64,000 nucleotides of DNA from Legionellales bacterium RIFCSPHIGHO2_12_FULL_37_14 (GTDB taxonomy: Bacteria; Pseudomonadota; Gammaproteobacteria; Legionellales; Legionellaceae): contig MHBC01000013.1 in NCBI GenBank assembly GCA_001804735.1, forward strand, positions 30,147 to 94,146. Direction: 5' to 3'. The notes under the pieces are model-generated. The model saw only the letters and a list, made by a program, of their open reading frames with translations, was not told the origin of the DNA and did no database searches. Positions 22,139-31,468 of the stretch are shown piece by piece. The first letter of the stretch is position 1. Every line of letters starts with the position of its first letter. Made by a program: the position numbers and the translations under genes.

Positions 22139-23431
22139 ATGTTGATACACGGTTGGGGTGGATATTTGAAGATCGATGCTGAGCTGAGAACTCCTTTGTC
22201 GCAGAAAGTTTGTAAGACGCTTATTGATGTGCCTCTCATTGCTCGTGGTATGGGACGGAGTTATGGTGACAGCGCTAATGCTTCAACTGTATTACAAACC
22301 ACCTATCTTGACCATTTTATTGCTTTTGATGTTAACACAGGCATAATAACTGTTGAGGCAGGTATAACCATTCGGGATATGCTCAAACTGATTATTCCTC
22401 ATGGCTGGTTTATACCGGTCACACCAGGGACAAGTTATGTGACCATTGGTGGTGCAATAGCAAGTGATGTACACGGTAAAAATCATCACAAGGTAGGTGC
22501 TTTCAGCCAGTTTGTTCTCTCTATGGATATGCTGCTTGGTACGGGCGATATTGTCACAACGTCTCGGCATCAATTACCCGATCTTTTTTATGCAAGCTGC
22601 TCCGGCATGGGACTTACTGGGATTATTATAACAGCGACCATACAGCTTATACCTATAAAATCATCTATTATGACGCAAACCATTTTTAAGACAAGCTGTT
22701 TAGAGGAAGCCTATGAAGCGTTTGAAAATCAGGCTCAATCAACATATAGCGTCGCATGGATTGATTGTATTTCCAAGGGCAAAGACTTAGGGCGATGTGT
22801 GATGATGTTTGCGGAGCATTCAAATACAGGTGGACTAAATTTTAATCTTAAGAACCCTATCAATGTTCCGATATACACCCCAGCAGCCTTTCTTAACAAA
22901 CATCTCCTTGCAGCTTTCAATTCTTTGTATTACATCAGGGCCGTGCATAACAAAACAAAAAACATTTCGTTGAGCTCTTTTTTCTATCCTTTGGATGCTA
23001 TAGGTTATTGGAACAGACTCTATGGGAAAGCCGGTCTTGTACAATATCAATTTGTACTGCCCAAAGAAAATGGGGCTGCCAATATGAAAACGATTCTTGC
23101 ACATATTGCCAGTAGCAACTCCGGATCATTTCTGGCTGTCCTTAAACAGTTTGGAGAAGCAAATAATAATCTGATGACGTTTCCCATGCTAGGTTATGCG
23201 TTATCTCTGGACTTTAAAATGTCGCAAAAAACGGTCAATTTACTGGCCAAGTTGGATAGTCTGATAATGAGCATGGACGGTCGTATTTATCTTGCTAAGG
23301 ATGCTTTAATGAGCCAAAATACCTTCAAGAACATGTACCCTCATTGGCAAGAATTTGAGTTTGTCAGAGATAAATATGGTGCAGTCGGCCGATTCGCCTC
23401 TGCACAATCTAAAAGATTGGGGCTAGCATGA
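22139..23431 (+). CDS. FAD-dependent oxidoreductase, DprE1-like (polyprenylphospho-ribose 2'-oxidase-like)
   Basis: GWGGY...RGMGRSYGDSA...VTPGTSYVTIGGAIASDVHGKNHH parallels, from memory, M. tuberculosis DprE1 (GWGR...RGLGRSYGDNA...[23 protein letters not shown]). Confidence 0.82.
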   Translation: MLIHGWGGYLKIDAELRTPLSQKVCKTLIDVPLIARGMGRSYGDSANASTVLQTTYLDHFIAFDVNTGIITVEAGITIRDMLKLIIPHGWFIPVTPGTSYVTIGGAIASDVHGKNHHKVGAFSQFVLSMDMLLGTGDIVTTSRHQLPDLFYASCSGMGLTGIIITATIQLIPIKSSIMTQTIFKTSCLEEAYEAFENQAQSTYSVAWIDCISKGKDLGRCVMMFAEHSNTGGLNFNLKNPINVPIYTPAAFLNKHLLAAFNSLYYIRAVHNKTKNISLSSFFYPLDAIGYWNRLYGKAGLVQYQFVLPKENGAANMKTILAHIASSNSGSFLAVLKQFGEANNNLMTFPMLGYALSLDFKMSQKTVNLLAKLDSLIMSMDGRIYLAKDALMSQNTFKNMYPHWQEFEFVRDKYGAVGRFASAQSKRLGLA

Positions 23432-24168
23432 AAAAAATACTTATTATTGGCGCAACTTCGGCCATCGCTGAGCAATGTGCAAGGCTTTGGGCTCATAGAG
23501 GAGAGGCCATTTTTTTGGTTGGACGAAATGCTGAACGTCTTAATATCATTGCGCAAGATCTCAAGGTAAGAGGTGCTTCTGTATTAGATACTTATTGTAT
23601 GGATTTGAATGATATTGAGCACCACATTGATATGTTGGATGCTGCAGAGCATGCCCTAAATGATTTTGATACCGTATTGATAGCACATGGAACACTTTCA
23701 AACCAAAAGTCTTGTGAGCAAAGCGTTGAGGAAACCCTTTACGAGCTTAAAACAAATGCTCTTTCCACCATTTCACTCCTAACGCTCATTGCTAACAAAT
23801 TTGAAGCGAAAAAGAGTGGGACTATTGCTATTATCTCATCGGTTGCAGGCGATCGGGGTAGAGCCAGTAATTATGTTTATGGAAGTGCTAAAGCCATGCT
23901 CACATCTTTCACTTCAGGTTTGCGCCAACGCTTATACCGATCTCATGTTGCAATTATCACGATTAAGCCTGGATTTGTTGATACGCCAATGACAGCAAAA
24001 TTCAATAAGGGAATATTATGGGCGCCAGTGACTTCTGTTGCAGATAAAATAGTAATAGCTATAGACAAGAAAAAAGACGAAATTTATGTTCCTGGGTACT
24101 GGTGGGTAGTGATGTGTATTATCAAAGCAATTCCGACATCTACTTTTAAATTGATTGCAAAATTATAG
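23428..24168 (+). CDS. short-chain dehydrogenase/reductase, DprE2-like
   Basis: 246 aa. Rossmann motif IIGATSAIA, and catalytic S...YxxxK (ISSVAGDRG...YGSAKA). ATGA overlap with the upstream DprE1-like gene. Confidence 0.78.
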   Translation: MKKILIIGATSAIAEQCARLWAHRGEAIFLVGRNAERLNIIAQDLKVRGASVLDTYCMDLNDIEHHIDMLDAAEHALNDFDTVLIAHGTLSNQKSCEQSVEETLYELKTNALSTISLLTLIANKFEAKKSGTIAIISSVAGDRGRASNYVYGSAKAMLTSFTSGLRQRLYRSHVAIITIKPGFVDTPMTAKFNKGILWAPVTSVADKIVIAIDKKKDEIYVPGYWWVVMCIIKAIPTSTFKLIAKL

Positions 24169-27100
24169 ATGAGCATTGCCTTGTTGTACGGCTAATGGAT
24201 CCAAAGAAGATGTTTTTTTCTCAGTAGGAAAATAAAAGCCAAAAGGGTTTTGCGCTATGCTTAAGGCATCTTGGCTTTTAGCTTGGCATTCTTTATGGTC
24301 TTGGCGCCACTTTTCAAGAGAGATAATTTCCCTATTGGTGATCTGCTTATTTTCTATTGTTTCAACGCATACTTGCTGTCTAATAAAAGAGATTGTTGTG
24401 CTATAGCCGGCTAATAATTCAAAGCAAAAATAGCCCAAGTCATGATTATATCTTGGGTGATGGACCCAATTAAATAAGCCTTCTTGGAGAAAAGTTGTAT
24501 ACACCGCGTTAGTTTTTATTGCATCCGCGCGAATTTCTCCCTCAAACGTTGCGCTTTGATGAGGACAGGAGTTGGTTTTTAGACTATGGCTAAAGGTAAA
24601 TTGCTCATTTGAGGAAGGAGTATCAAGAAAGCTCATCTTATAACTGCAAGAAGTAATTAAAAAGGTTTTATCTACCTTATGGAGCCTTGCATAAGCATCG
24701 CTATATGTATAAGAATGCGAAGAGAACTTAAGGATTGTGGGTTCTGCGTTATCTAATGGGGCGTTCTTTTCTTCTTCGACTACCTTTATGGGAGTATCCA
24801 CCGAAGGATTAGAAGGCTTAGGAGGAGATTTTTTAGCAGGCTTTATGACTTCTTTAATTTTCTTTAATGGCTTGGTACTTTTAGGCTTTTCTTCTAGCAA
24901 ATCTAAGGGTAGCTCTTGTATGAGCTTAATATCTATTAAGTTTTTTTCAATATCTTGAAAAAGTTGCTCGGCTTTTTCAGCTTTTACTAGTTTAGGGTGG
25001 GGTTTTATTAATGCCTTGAAGTTATAGTCAAGGGTTTTACAATTTCTGGTTAGCGACCATATTTCTTTGGCAGCGTAAAAGCAAGCTATGCTTACTAAAA
25101 AAAAGCCAGAAAATTTTACTACAAAATGCTGTTTAGGATCATTTGGGATGTCATTGGTAAACCCTTGTTCCCAAATTCCACTATTATCTTGAGGATTATA
25201 TTTAAATCTAATGCCCAATTTATCATGCAATAAAAACTCTGGCGGTGCGTATTTACCCAAGGTAAATTCTTTTAATTTAGAGTTTTCAAACTCAAACCAA
25301 ACTCCTTTAGTTAAACCGGCATTTTGAAAAATACCTCTCCCATAGGCGACAACTTCTCCATTTACAGGATTAGCGCGCCCACAGAGGACTTGTGCATCTC
25401 CTAGGTTTGGTGTTGCTGCATTGGTAATTGTTTTTGAGTTTGGGGCAGCTTTGCTTGCAAGTAAGTATTTATAAAACTCGCCTTCTTCAAGCTTATAGTT
25501 TAAAAATACCCCTTTTCTATCGATGATAAATGTTTTGTTATCGGTTTTTTGGTGAATGCTTACGCTTTCATTTGCGGTATAAATTTGGCGTAAGCTAAAA
25601 ACGCTTGTAACTTCGCTATGCGATTTTACTATGCAATTATTAGCTGATGCTTCAGAGTAAATTTTAGCTCCAACGTTTACAGTATGATTACCTAAAAAAT
25701 CTCCTTCTATTGTCACCAAGTCTTTATCTGCAACATTATATAAAGTTAATTCCCCGCGCCCTTTGCGCATATCATTTTGCATATAACCTTTATATATTTC
25801 GACAACTTTTTCTTCAGGAAGTGCTGAGACTTCACTATATACTGGTTCTACTGCCGCAGGTAGGTTTGCAAATATGTGGTTATGCAAACGGGCAAAAGTC
25901 CCTATAATTTTAAGTTTGGTGTTTTTATAAATTTGCAAATAAGTTAAAGAAATTAATTCCTTAAGAGGAAATTCTCCTTCAAATATCTCGACTATGTTAT
26001 TTTCATGCTGAATTGTTATTTTTCCTGCGAGTAAATGATGTTCGTTAAATTTACCGCTTATTTCTATGGTTTTATTAGCAATATTCGAGTTAATTATTAG
26101 CTTTGCTTGGCCAGTTAAACAGCCGGTTTCTGCATTAATAGTTCCTTCAATAAGCTTACCTTTGCAATCATTAAATAATTGCATAAGTCCGCGATTTGTA
26201 GGGTCTTCAGTAAGCTCTATTTGGATAGCTCCTTCATTAGGAGTGATATATCCATTTTGCTGCATATATTCTTCTATAGCCTTAAATAAAGGCATGATTT
26301 TATCTTGCAGTATGGCCCAATTATGCACACAAGAAAAAATATAAAGATTTTGCGTATGGTCCTTGGTAGCACGCCATAGCATAGAGTCTTTATAATGAAG
26401 GGAATGTAACTCGATTGAGGCTATATTTTTATCTTTTAGCTGGACAAAATAAAATATATTGGTTAATTCAGCATTATTGCTCCGCGGCCAAAGGCCCAAA
26501 TAATTTTCTAAACAAACGCTGTAAAAAGGCTCAGCAGTTGCAGCCAAGCCTTGAGGGGCTTCTTGATTCTTAAGTTTTTGCCTGATTATATTAAATGCCT
26601 CATCCTTTTTACTTTGACTTTCTGTATCAGCCAAAGTTTCTAAATTTGGCTTGTCTTTAATTTGATATGGCAATAAGGTTTTTTCTCCCGCTAAAAGCGT
26701 ATCAATACGCCAAAACTCAGTATTCGCATGCAGCTTATTTATAGTTTTGTCATCTAATATGCTAGTTAGTTCATTGTTAGCATGGCGTTCAACCGCCCAA
26801 AGGCGCGAGTCATGGTTGAAAAACTCCAATTTACTCAGTTTTTCGGCATTATTTAGCGTAAGCTTATAATAGGTATTTTCATCAATAGGCTTGCCATACT
26901 GAACATTGTTATGCCATATGCCTGTTAAGCTATCTTTATATAAAAAACATTTTACCGAGTTAGCTAGCTGGTTTTTTAATATATGCTGGGTATTTGAGTT
27001 TGCGGGTAAATTAGTATTCCATTTACCAGAAGAAAAAATAGAAACATTAGTAGCGTAGTTATAGGTAATGGCGAAGCCAGACTCAAGCCGCGCGTTATTA

Positions 27101-28425
27101 AAAACTCCACGGGCAAATAAAACGACTCTATTTTGACTATCCGTCTCTTGCATAACACAAATATCTTGGTCGTTTGCACTTTGTAAGCCAAAATACTCAG
27201 GAGCAAAGCCACCTTCCCATACCATAGCTCCTTCTTGCATCGCAAAACTTGCCTTGCCTCTTACAAACGTATCTAGTTTAAACACCCCATCTAGATCAAG
27301 ATTAATAGGTTCACTTGCAACATCAATTTTTCTCACAGCCTTACCTTTAGCTTCAAAGTTATGGCTTGCAAGGTCATCAACAGCATAGTCTTTTAAAGTA
27401 GTAAGATAAAATTTAGATGAAATAGCATTAATATTTGCCAAAATTGTTACTTGACCGCCGGCATTTAGCACATGTTCATTGAATTCTCCCGCAGCTTTCA
27501 TAATGACAGAAGTGTTCTCTGCAGTTTTTATAAATAAAGTTATTGCACCCACCCCATGAAAGCAGTCATGCCTTTTAGCGCTACCCATGAACTTAGAGGT
27601 TAAGCTAAACGCGCCATTTTCCATTGCATATACTTCAATTAATGCATCTTTAGGCTCTTTTAAATATTTAAAGCTGATATCATCTTCCCTACAAAACCAT
27701 CCATTAAAAACTGTTTTGCTTTTATTGTGGTTTAAAGAAATCTCAAGCTTTGATTTAAACTCTTTTGCTTCTGCAAAACTCCCGCTTAAAACTTCTTTTT
27801 CCGCGCCTTTGGCATGCTCGGTAGTTACCGATCCTGCAGTAAAAGAATGATCAGTAAAGCTGCCTTCTACGGTCTTAGTAAATCCAGCTTTTTTAGTAGG
27901 CAATTGCGTAATTTTAGCACTTCCATGCAAACACCCAAGCTTAAACTCCCCCGCCTCACATTCGCCTATTTGACCATTTAACAACATAATAGGCTTTTTA
28001 ATACCTTTTTTATAAGAGTTAAGCGTGGTTAGCGTTAAGGTAAATGGCTTAGTTGCGCAAGAGACTAAACCTAACTCAAAAAGACCTCTGTGCATATTAT
28101 TTATTAAATTTGCTAAATCTTGGGTATTTATCCCCCAAGCATGAATGCATTTTAACTCAAACGTATCCGCAGAAGAACAAAGAGCTTCCCAAATACGCAC
28201 CTTACTATCTTGCTGCGAAACTAAAAAAATAGCAGCAAGCTTTTTATTAGTAATAACAAGGTGAAAGTTAAGACTGTCAGCAGCAATATCCTCCTGGTTT
28301 AAGGTAAAACCAAGGACTAACTTGCCATGCATACAGTCCTTAATATTTACCTTTTCATCGTCTCCTTCAAAATAGCCACTTAAAGTGCCAGAGGGAAGGT
28401 TAAGTTTAACGGGGTATTTGCTCAT
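24163..28425 (-). CDS. very large hypothetical protein (~1420 aa): two tandem copies of an unknown module, a Lys/Pro-rich linker and a C-terminal domain
   Basis: Uninterrupted ORF. Start moved from 28578 to the ATG at 28425 (MSKYPVKLNLP...). This removes the 44-nt overlap with rsmE and matches the N-terminus of the paralogue at 38458-41250 (MPKFSLILAI...). Repeated G-x-F-x-x-H-x-x-x-x-G (MORN-like) motifs. Confidence 0.75.
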   Translation of the reverse strand: MSKYPVKLNLPSGTLSGYFEGDDEKVNIKDCMHGKLVLGFTLNQEDIAADSLNFHLVITNKKLAAIFLVSQQDSKVRIWEALCSSADTFELKCIHAWGINTQDLANLINNMHRGLFELGLVSCATKPFTLTLTTLNSYKKGIKKPIMLLNGQIGECEAGEFKLGCLHGSAKITQLPTKKAGFTKTVEGSFTDHSFTAGSVTTEHAKGAEKEVLSGSFAEAKEFKSKLEISLNHNKSKTVFNGWFCREDDISFKYLKEPKDALIEVYAMENGAFSLTSKFMGSAKRHDCFHGVGAITLFIKTAENTSVIMKAAGEFNEHVLNAGGQVTILANINAISSKFYLTTLKDYAVDDLASHNFEAKGKAVRKIDVASEPINLDLDGVFKLDTFVRGKASFAMQEGAMVWEGGFAPEYFGLQSANDQDICVMQETDSQNRVVLFARGVFNNARLESGFAITYNYATNVSIFSSGKWNTNLPANSNTQHILKNQLANSVKCFLYKDSLTGIWHNNVQYGKPIDENTYYKLTLNNAEKLSKLEFFNHDSRLWAVERHANNELTSILDDKTINKLHANTEFWRIDTLLAGEKTLLPYQIKDKPNLETLADTESQSKKDEAFNIIRQKLKNQEAPQGLAATAEPFYSVCLENYLGLWPRSNNAELTNIFYFVQLKDKNIASIELHSLHYKDSMLWRATKDHTQNLYIFSCVHNWAILQDKIMPLFKAIEEYMQQNGYITPNEGAIQIELTEDPTNRGLMQLFNDCKGKLIEGTINAETGCLTGQAKLIINSNIANKTIEISGKFNEHHLLAGKITIQHENNIVEIFEGEFPLKELISLTYLQIYKNTKLKIIGTFARLHNHIFANLPAAVEPVYSEVSALPEEKVVEIYKGYMQNDMRKGRGELTLYNVADKDLVTIEGDFLGNHTVNVGAKIYSEASANNCIVKSHSEVTSVFSLRQIYTANESVSIHQKTDNKTFIIDRKGVFLNYKLEEGEFYKYLLASKAAPNSKTITNAATPNLGDAQVLCGRANPVNGEVVAYGRGIFQNAGLTKGVWFEFENSKLKEFTLGKYAPPEFLLHDKLGIRFKYNPQDNSGIWEQGFTNDIPNDPKQHFVVKFSGFFLVSIACFYAAKEIWSLTRNCKTLDYNFKALIKPHPKLVKAEKAEQLFQDIEKNLIDIKLIQELPLDLLEEKPKSTKPLKKIKEVIKPAKKSPPKPSNPSVDTPIKVVEEEKNAPLDNAEPTILKFSSHSYTYSDAYARLHKVDKTFLITSCSYKMSFLDTPSSNEQFTFSHSLKTNSCPHQSATFEGEIRADAIKTNAVYTTFLQEGLFNWVHHPRYNHDLGYFCFELLAGYSTTISFIRQQVCVETIENKQITNREIISLEKWRQDHKECQAKSQDALSIAQNPFGFYFPTEKKTSSLDPLAVQQGNAHL

Positions 28426-28534
28426 AGATATGGCATGAATGAGAAAAAGTGCATATGTTATATTATTTTTGAGCTGCGAGCAAATACTGCGATTTTTAGG
28501 GTTCTTTAGGTAATCAGCAATCCTTAATAAAAAC

Positions 28535-29260
28535 CTACAAATCTCCAGCCATAAATTGCAATATGGCAAGGCTTGCAAGTGGGGCGGTTTCGGTTCTTAA
28601 TATTCTTGGGCCTAGTTTTACTTTCTTAAAGCCCTGCTCTGTGGAAATTCTGAGCTCATCATTAGACCATCCTCCTTCAGGACCTACTAAAAAGCTTATG
28701 TCTTTATCAAGGCGTGGAATGGTTTTAAAAGTTAACTCGGCATCTTGGGTAAGTAACAATTTAGCTTTTGCCTGCACTTTTTGCACAAGGCTTAACAAGC
28801 TTATGGGCTGATTAAGTTTAGGGAGTATGGTGCGTCCTGATTGTTCTGTTGCATGGATTATTATATTTTTCCAATGCTTTAGTTTTTTTTCTGCCATCTT
28901 GGCATTAAAGCCTTGGGAGCGATCTGCAATAATGGGCGTAAATTCGCAAACTCCAAGCTCGGTGGCTTTTTGTAAAATCCAATCCATTTTGTCACTTTTA
29001 CAAATTGCTTGCCCAAGATGAATAGCAAGTGGCGATTCAAGGCTTTTTTTAAGCTCTTTATCTATATGTACTATGACAGTTTTTTTATTAATTTCCCAAA
29101 TGGTTGCCAGATATTCATAACCATTTCCCGGAAAAAGATAGATCTCATCTTTTATGCGCGCCCTTAAAACAACAGCAAGATGATGCGCAGCGAAGTTATC
29201 TAACGTGACTAGATCTTTGACTTTGAAGTCACCTTGTTGATAGATGCGGGTTTTACGCAT
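28535..29260 (-). CDS. rsmE: 16S rRNA (uracil1498-N3)-methyltransferase
   Basis: 241 aa. N-terminal PUA-like part (MRKTRIYQ...HHLAVVLR) and C-terminal SPOUT motif FLVGPEGGWSNDEL...LGPRILRTETA. Confidence 0.9.
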   Translation of the reverse strand: MRKTRIYQQGDFKVKDLVTLDNFAAHHLAVVLRARIKDEIYLFPGNGYEYLATIWEINKKTVIVHIDKELKKSLESPLAIHLGQAICKSDKMDWILQKATELGVCEFTPIIADRSQGFNAKMAEKKLKHWKNIIIHATEQSGRTILPKLNQPISLLSLVQKVQAKAKLLLTQDAELTFKTIPRLDKDISFLVGPEGGWSNDELRISTEQGFKKVKLGPRILRTETAPLASLAILQFMAGDL

Positions 29261-29266
29261 AAAAAC

Positions 29267-30187
29267 TTATGCGGGATCTTCTAAAGGGAAAAAGCGCGCT
29301 ACTGGGTGATGAGGCTGATGAGTTGCTTCAAAATAAGTATACTCCCAAGCTTCTTGGGTGTTCATTAACATACGCAATAGGCGATTATTAAGCTCGTGAC
29401 CAGATTTGTGCCCTTCAAACGATCCAATTAAGCTTGATCCAAGTAAATATAAATCGCCAATGGCATCTAAAACCTTATGCGAGACAAATTCACTTTCAAA
29501 GCGCAGACCATCTTCATTTATTACGCGATATTCATCGACAACGACAGTATTATCAAGGCTACCACCTTTAGCTAAATCGTTTTCCCTTAGCTTTTCATAA
29601 TCAGCCAAAAAGCCAAAAGTCCTTGCTCGGCATACTTCCTTAACATAAGAAGTACCTGAGAAGTCAAAGCTTGCAAGTTTGGGTTTATTGTTGAAAACTG
29701 GGTGATTGAAATCAATGGTAAAGGTAATTTTGTAACCATTATATGGGCTAAATTTAACCCAACGGTCGCCATCTTCTATTTCTAAAGGCTTCAATATACG
29801 AATAAATCGCTTAGGCTTAGATTGCTCTTTAATACCAGCTGATTGAATAAGAAACACAAACGGTGCGGCTGAGCCATCCATAATAGGTAATTCAGGCCCT
29901 GTTACATCAATGAAGGCATTATCAATTCCAAGGCCTGCTAACGCGGAGAGCAAATGCTCGACGGTGGCAATTTTAATAGTATTTTTGCCTATGGTTGTAC
30001 ATAAAAGTGTTTCACAAACGTGTTGATAAAGCGCGGGGATTTCAACGACGGGAGATAAATCAATGCGGCGAAAGACTATTCCTGAATTGGGTGGCGCTGG
30101 ATGTAAAGATAAAATTATTTTTTCACCAGAGTGCAATCCCACGCCAGTTGCAGATATGTTTTTTTTCAATGTTCGTTGGCGAATCAT
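29267..30187 (-). CDS. lpxC: UDP-3-O-acyl-N-acetylglucosamine deacetylase
   Basis: 306 aa. [30 protein letters not shown], and the HKSGH zinc/active-site region. Sits downstream of ftsZ as in many proteobacteria. Confidence 0.95.
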   Translation of the reverse strand: MIRQRTLKKNISATGVGLHSGEKIILSLHPAPPNSGIVFRRIDLSPVVEIPALYQHVCETLLCTTIGKNTIKIATVEHLLSALAGLGIDNAFIDVTGPELPIMDGSAAPFVFLIQSAGIKEQSKPKRFIRILKPLEIEDGDRWVKFSPYNGYKITFTIDFNHPVFNNKPKLASFDFSGTSYVKEVCRARTFGFLADYEKLRENDLAKGGSLDNTVVVDEYRVINEDGLRFESEFVSHKVLDAIGDLYLLGSSLIGSFEGHKSGHELNNRLLRMLMNTQEAWEYTYFEATHQPHHPVARFFPLEDPA

Positions 30188-30256
30188 GAAATTAGCACCT
30201 TATCGATATCCATATCGTTTCCTCTAAAAAAACGCAACATCCTAGCAAAAAAAAAA

Positions 30257-31447
30257 TTATTCTTCTACAGATTCTTCTTGGCGCCGTAAAAAAGCCGGAA
30301 TATCGAGATAATCGACATCTGCAGCTAGAGCCGCACTGACATCATTGTCCTTAACTTGGTTTATTTGTTGTTTGCGCAATACAGCTGGCCTGTCTAATTT
30401 TTGATAATCAACGGCTCCATCTTGGCGCGTAGCTTCAGATAAGCGCATTTTGCGGGGGCTTATTTCAATGGTTTTTTGCTTTTGTCTTATTTCACCTAAG
30501 CCAGTTACAATAACGGTAACCCTAATTTCGTCTGCAAGCTCAGGATCAATAACCGTACCGATAACTACCGTAGCATCATCAGAAATAAAGGTTTTAATTA
30601 CATCCCCTACTTCTTCGAACTCGCCAATAGACATATTAAGTCCGGCAGTAATATTTACTAAAATGCCCTTAGCGCCGGAAAAATTTACATCCTCTAATAA
30701 AGGAGATGCAATCGCAGCTTCTGCAGCTTTGCGTGCACGCTGTTCGCCTGAGGCGCTTCCTGTGCCCATCATGGCCATACCCATCTCAGACATAACAGTA
30801 CGCACGTCAGCAAAGTCAACGTTAATGAGGCCTGGTCTCGTAATAAGATCGGAGATCCCTTTAACTGCCCCTAATAAAACATTATTTGCAGCTTTAAAGG
30901 CATTTAACAGGCTTATATTTTTGCCAAGCACACTAAGAAGTTTATTGTTGGGAATGGTGATTAAGGAGTCCACATGTTGGGCTAGGCGTTTAATGCCATC
31001 TTCTGCAGCTAGGGCCCTTTGTTTACCTTCGAAAGAAAAAGGCTTAGTAACTACGGCCACAGTTAAAATTTCAAGCTCTTTAGCAATTTCAGCAAACACA
31101 GGGGCCGCTCCCGTGCCGGTACCGCCGCCCATGCCAGCTGTTATAAATACCATGTCAGCACCAGATAAAATATCGCGAATTCGCTCTCGGTCTTCTTCGG
31201 CAGAAGCTCGGCCAACTTGAGGATTGGCGCCTGCTCCTAAGCCCTTTGTTAATGCTTCGCCTAATTGTAATTGATTTTTGGCGCTAGAGTTTTTCAGCGC
31301 TTGGGCATCAGTGTTGGCACAGTAAAACTCAACTCCTTCAATATTTTCGCTCAGCATATGCTCAACAGCATTCCCGCCACCGCCACCTACGCCTATGACT
31401 TTGATAACTGCGCTTTTAGTTTCAGATGATTCAACGAGCTCAAACAT
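30257..31447 (-). CDS. ftsZ: cell division GTPase FtsZ
   Basis: 396 aa with [14 protein letters not shown], the tubulin signature [11 protein letters not shown] and NVDFADV. Confidence 0.97.
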   Translation of the reverse strand: MFELVESSETKSAVIKVIGVGGGGGNAVEHMLSENIEGVEFYCANTDAQALKNSSAKNQLQLGEALTKGLGAGANPQVGRASAEEDRERIRDILSGADMVFITAGMGGGTGTGAAPVFAEIAKELEILTVAVVTKPFSFEGKQRALAAEDGIKRLAQHVDSLITIPNNKLLSVLGKNISLLNAFKAANNVLLGAVKGISDLITRPGLINVDFADVRTVMSEMGMAMMGTGSASGEQRARKAAEAAIASPLLEDVNFSGAKGILVNITAGLNMSIGEFEEVGDVIKTFISDDATVVIGTVIDPELADEIRVTVIVTGLGEIRQKQKTIEISPRKMRLSEATRQDGAVDYQKLDRPAVLRKQQINQVKDNDVSAALAADVDYLDIPAFLRRQEESVEE

Positions 31448-31468
31448 GACTATCCTTTTTTATAAGTA

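Noticed and set aside
28426-28578. 51-codon N-terminal extension of the giant ORF, overlapping the rsmE 3' end by 44 nt
   Set aside because: The extension has no counterpart in the paralogue at 38458-41250. The internal Met (MSKYPV...) aligns with the paralogue start (MPKFSL...) and removes the overlap. Kept only as an alternative start.
30450-31220. 256-aa plus-strand ORF
   Set aside because: Antisense shadow of ftsZ. Its low-complexity Ser/Ala/Pro-rich translation mirrors the Gly/Ala-rich FtsZ core.
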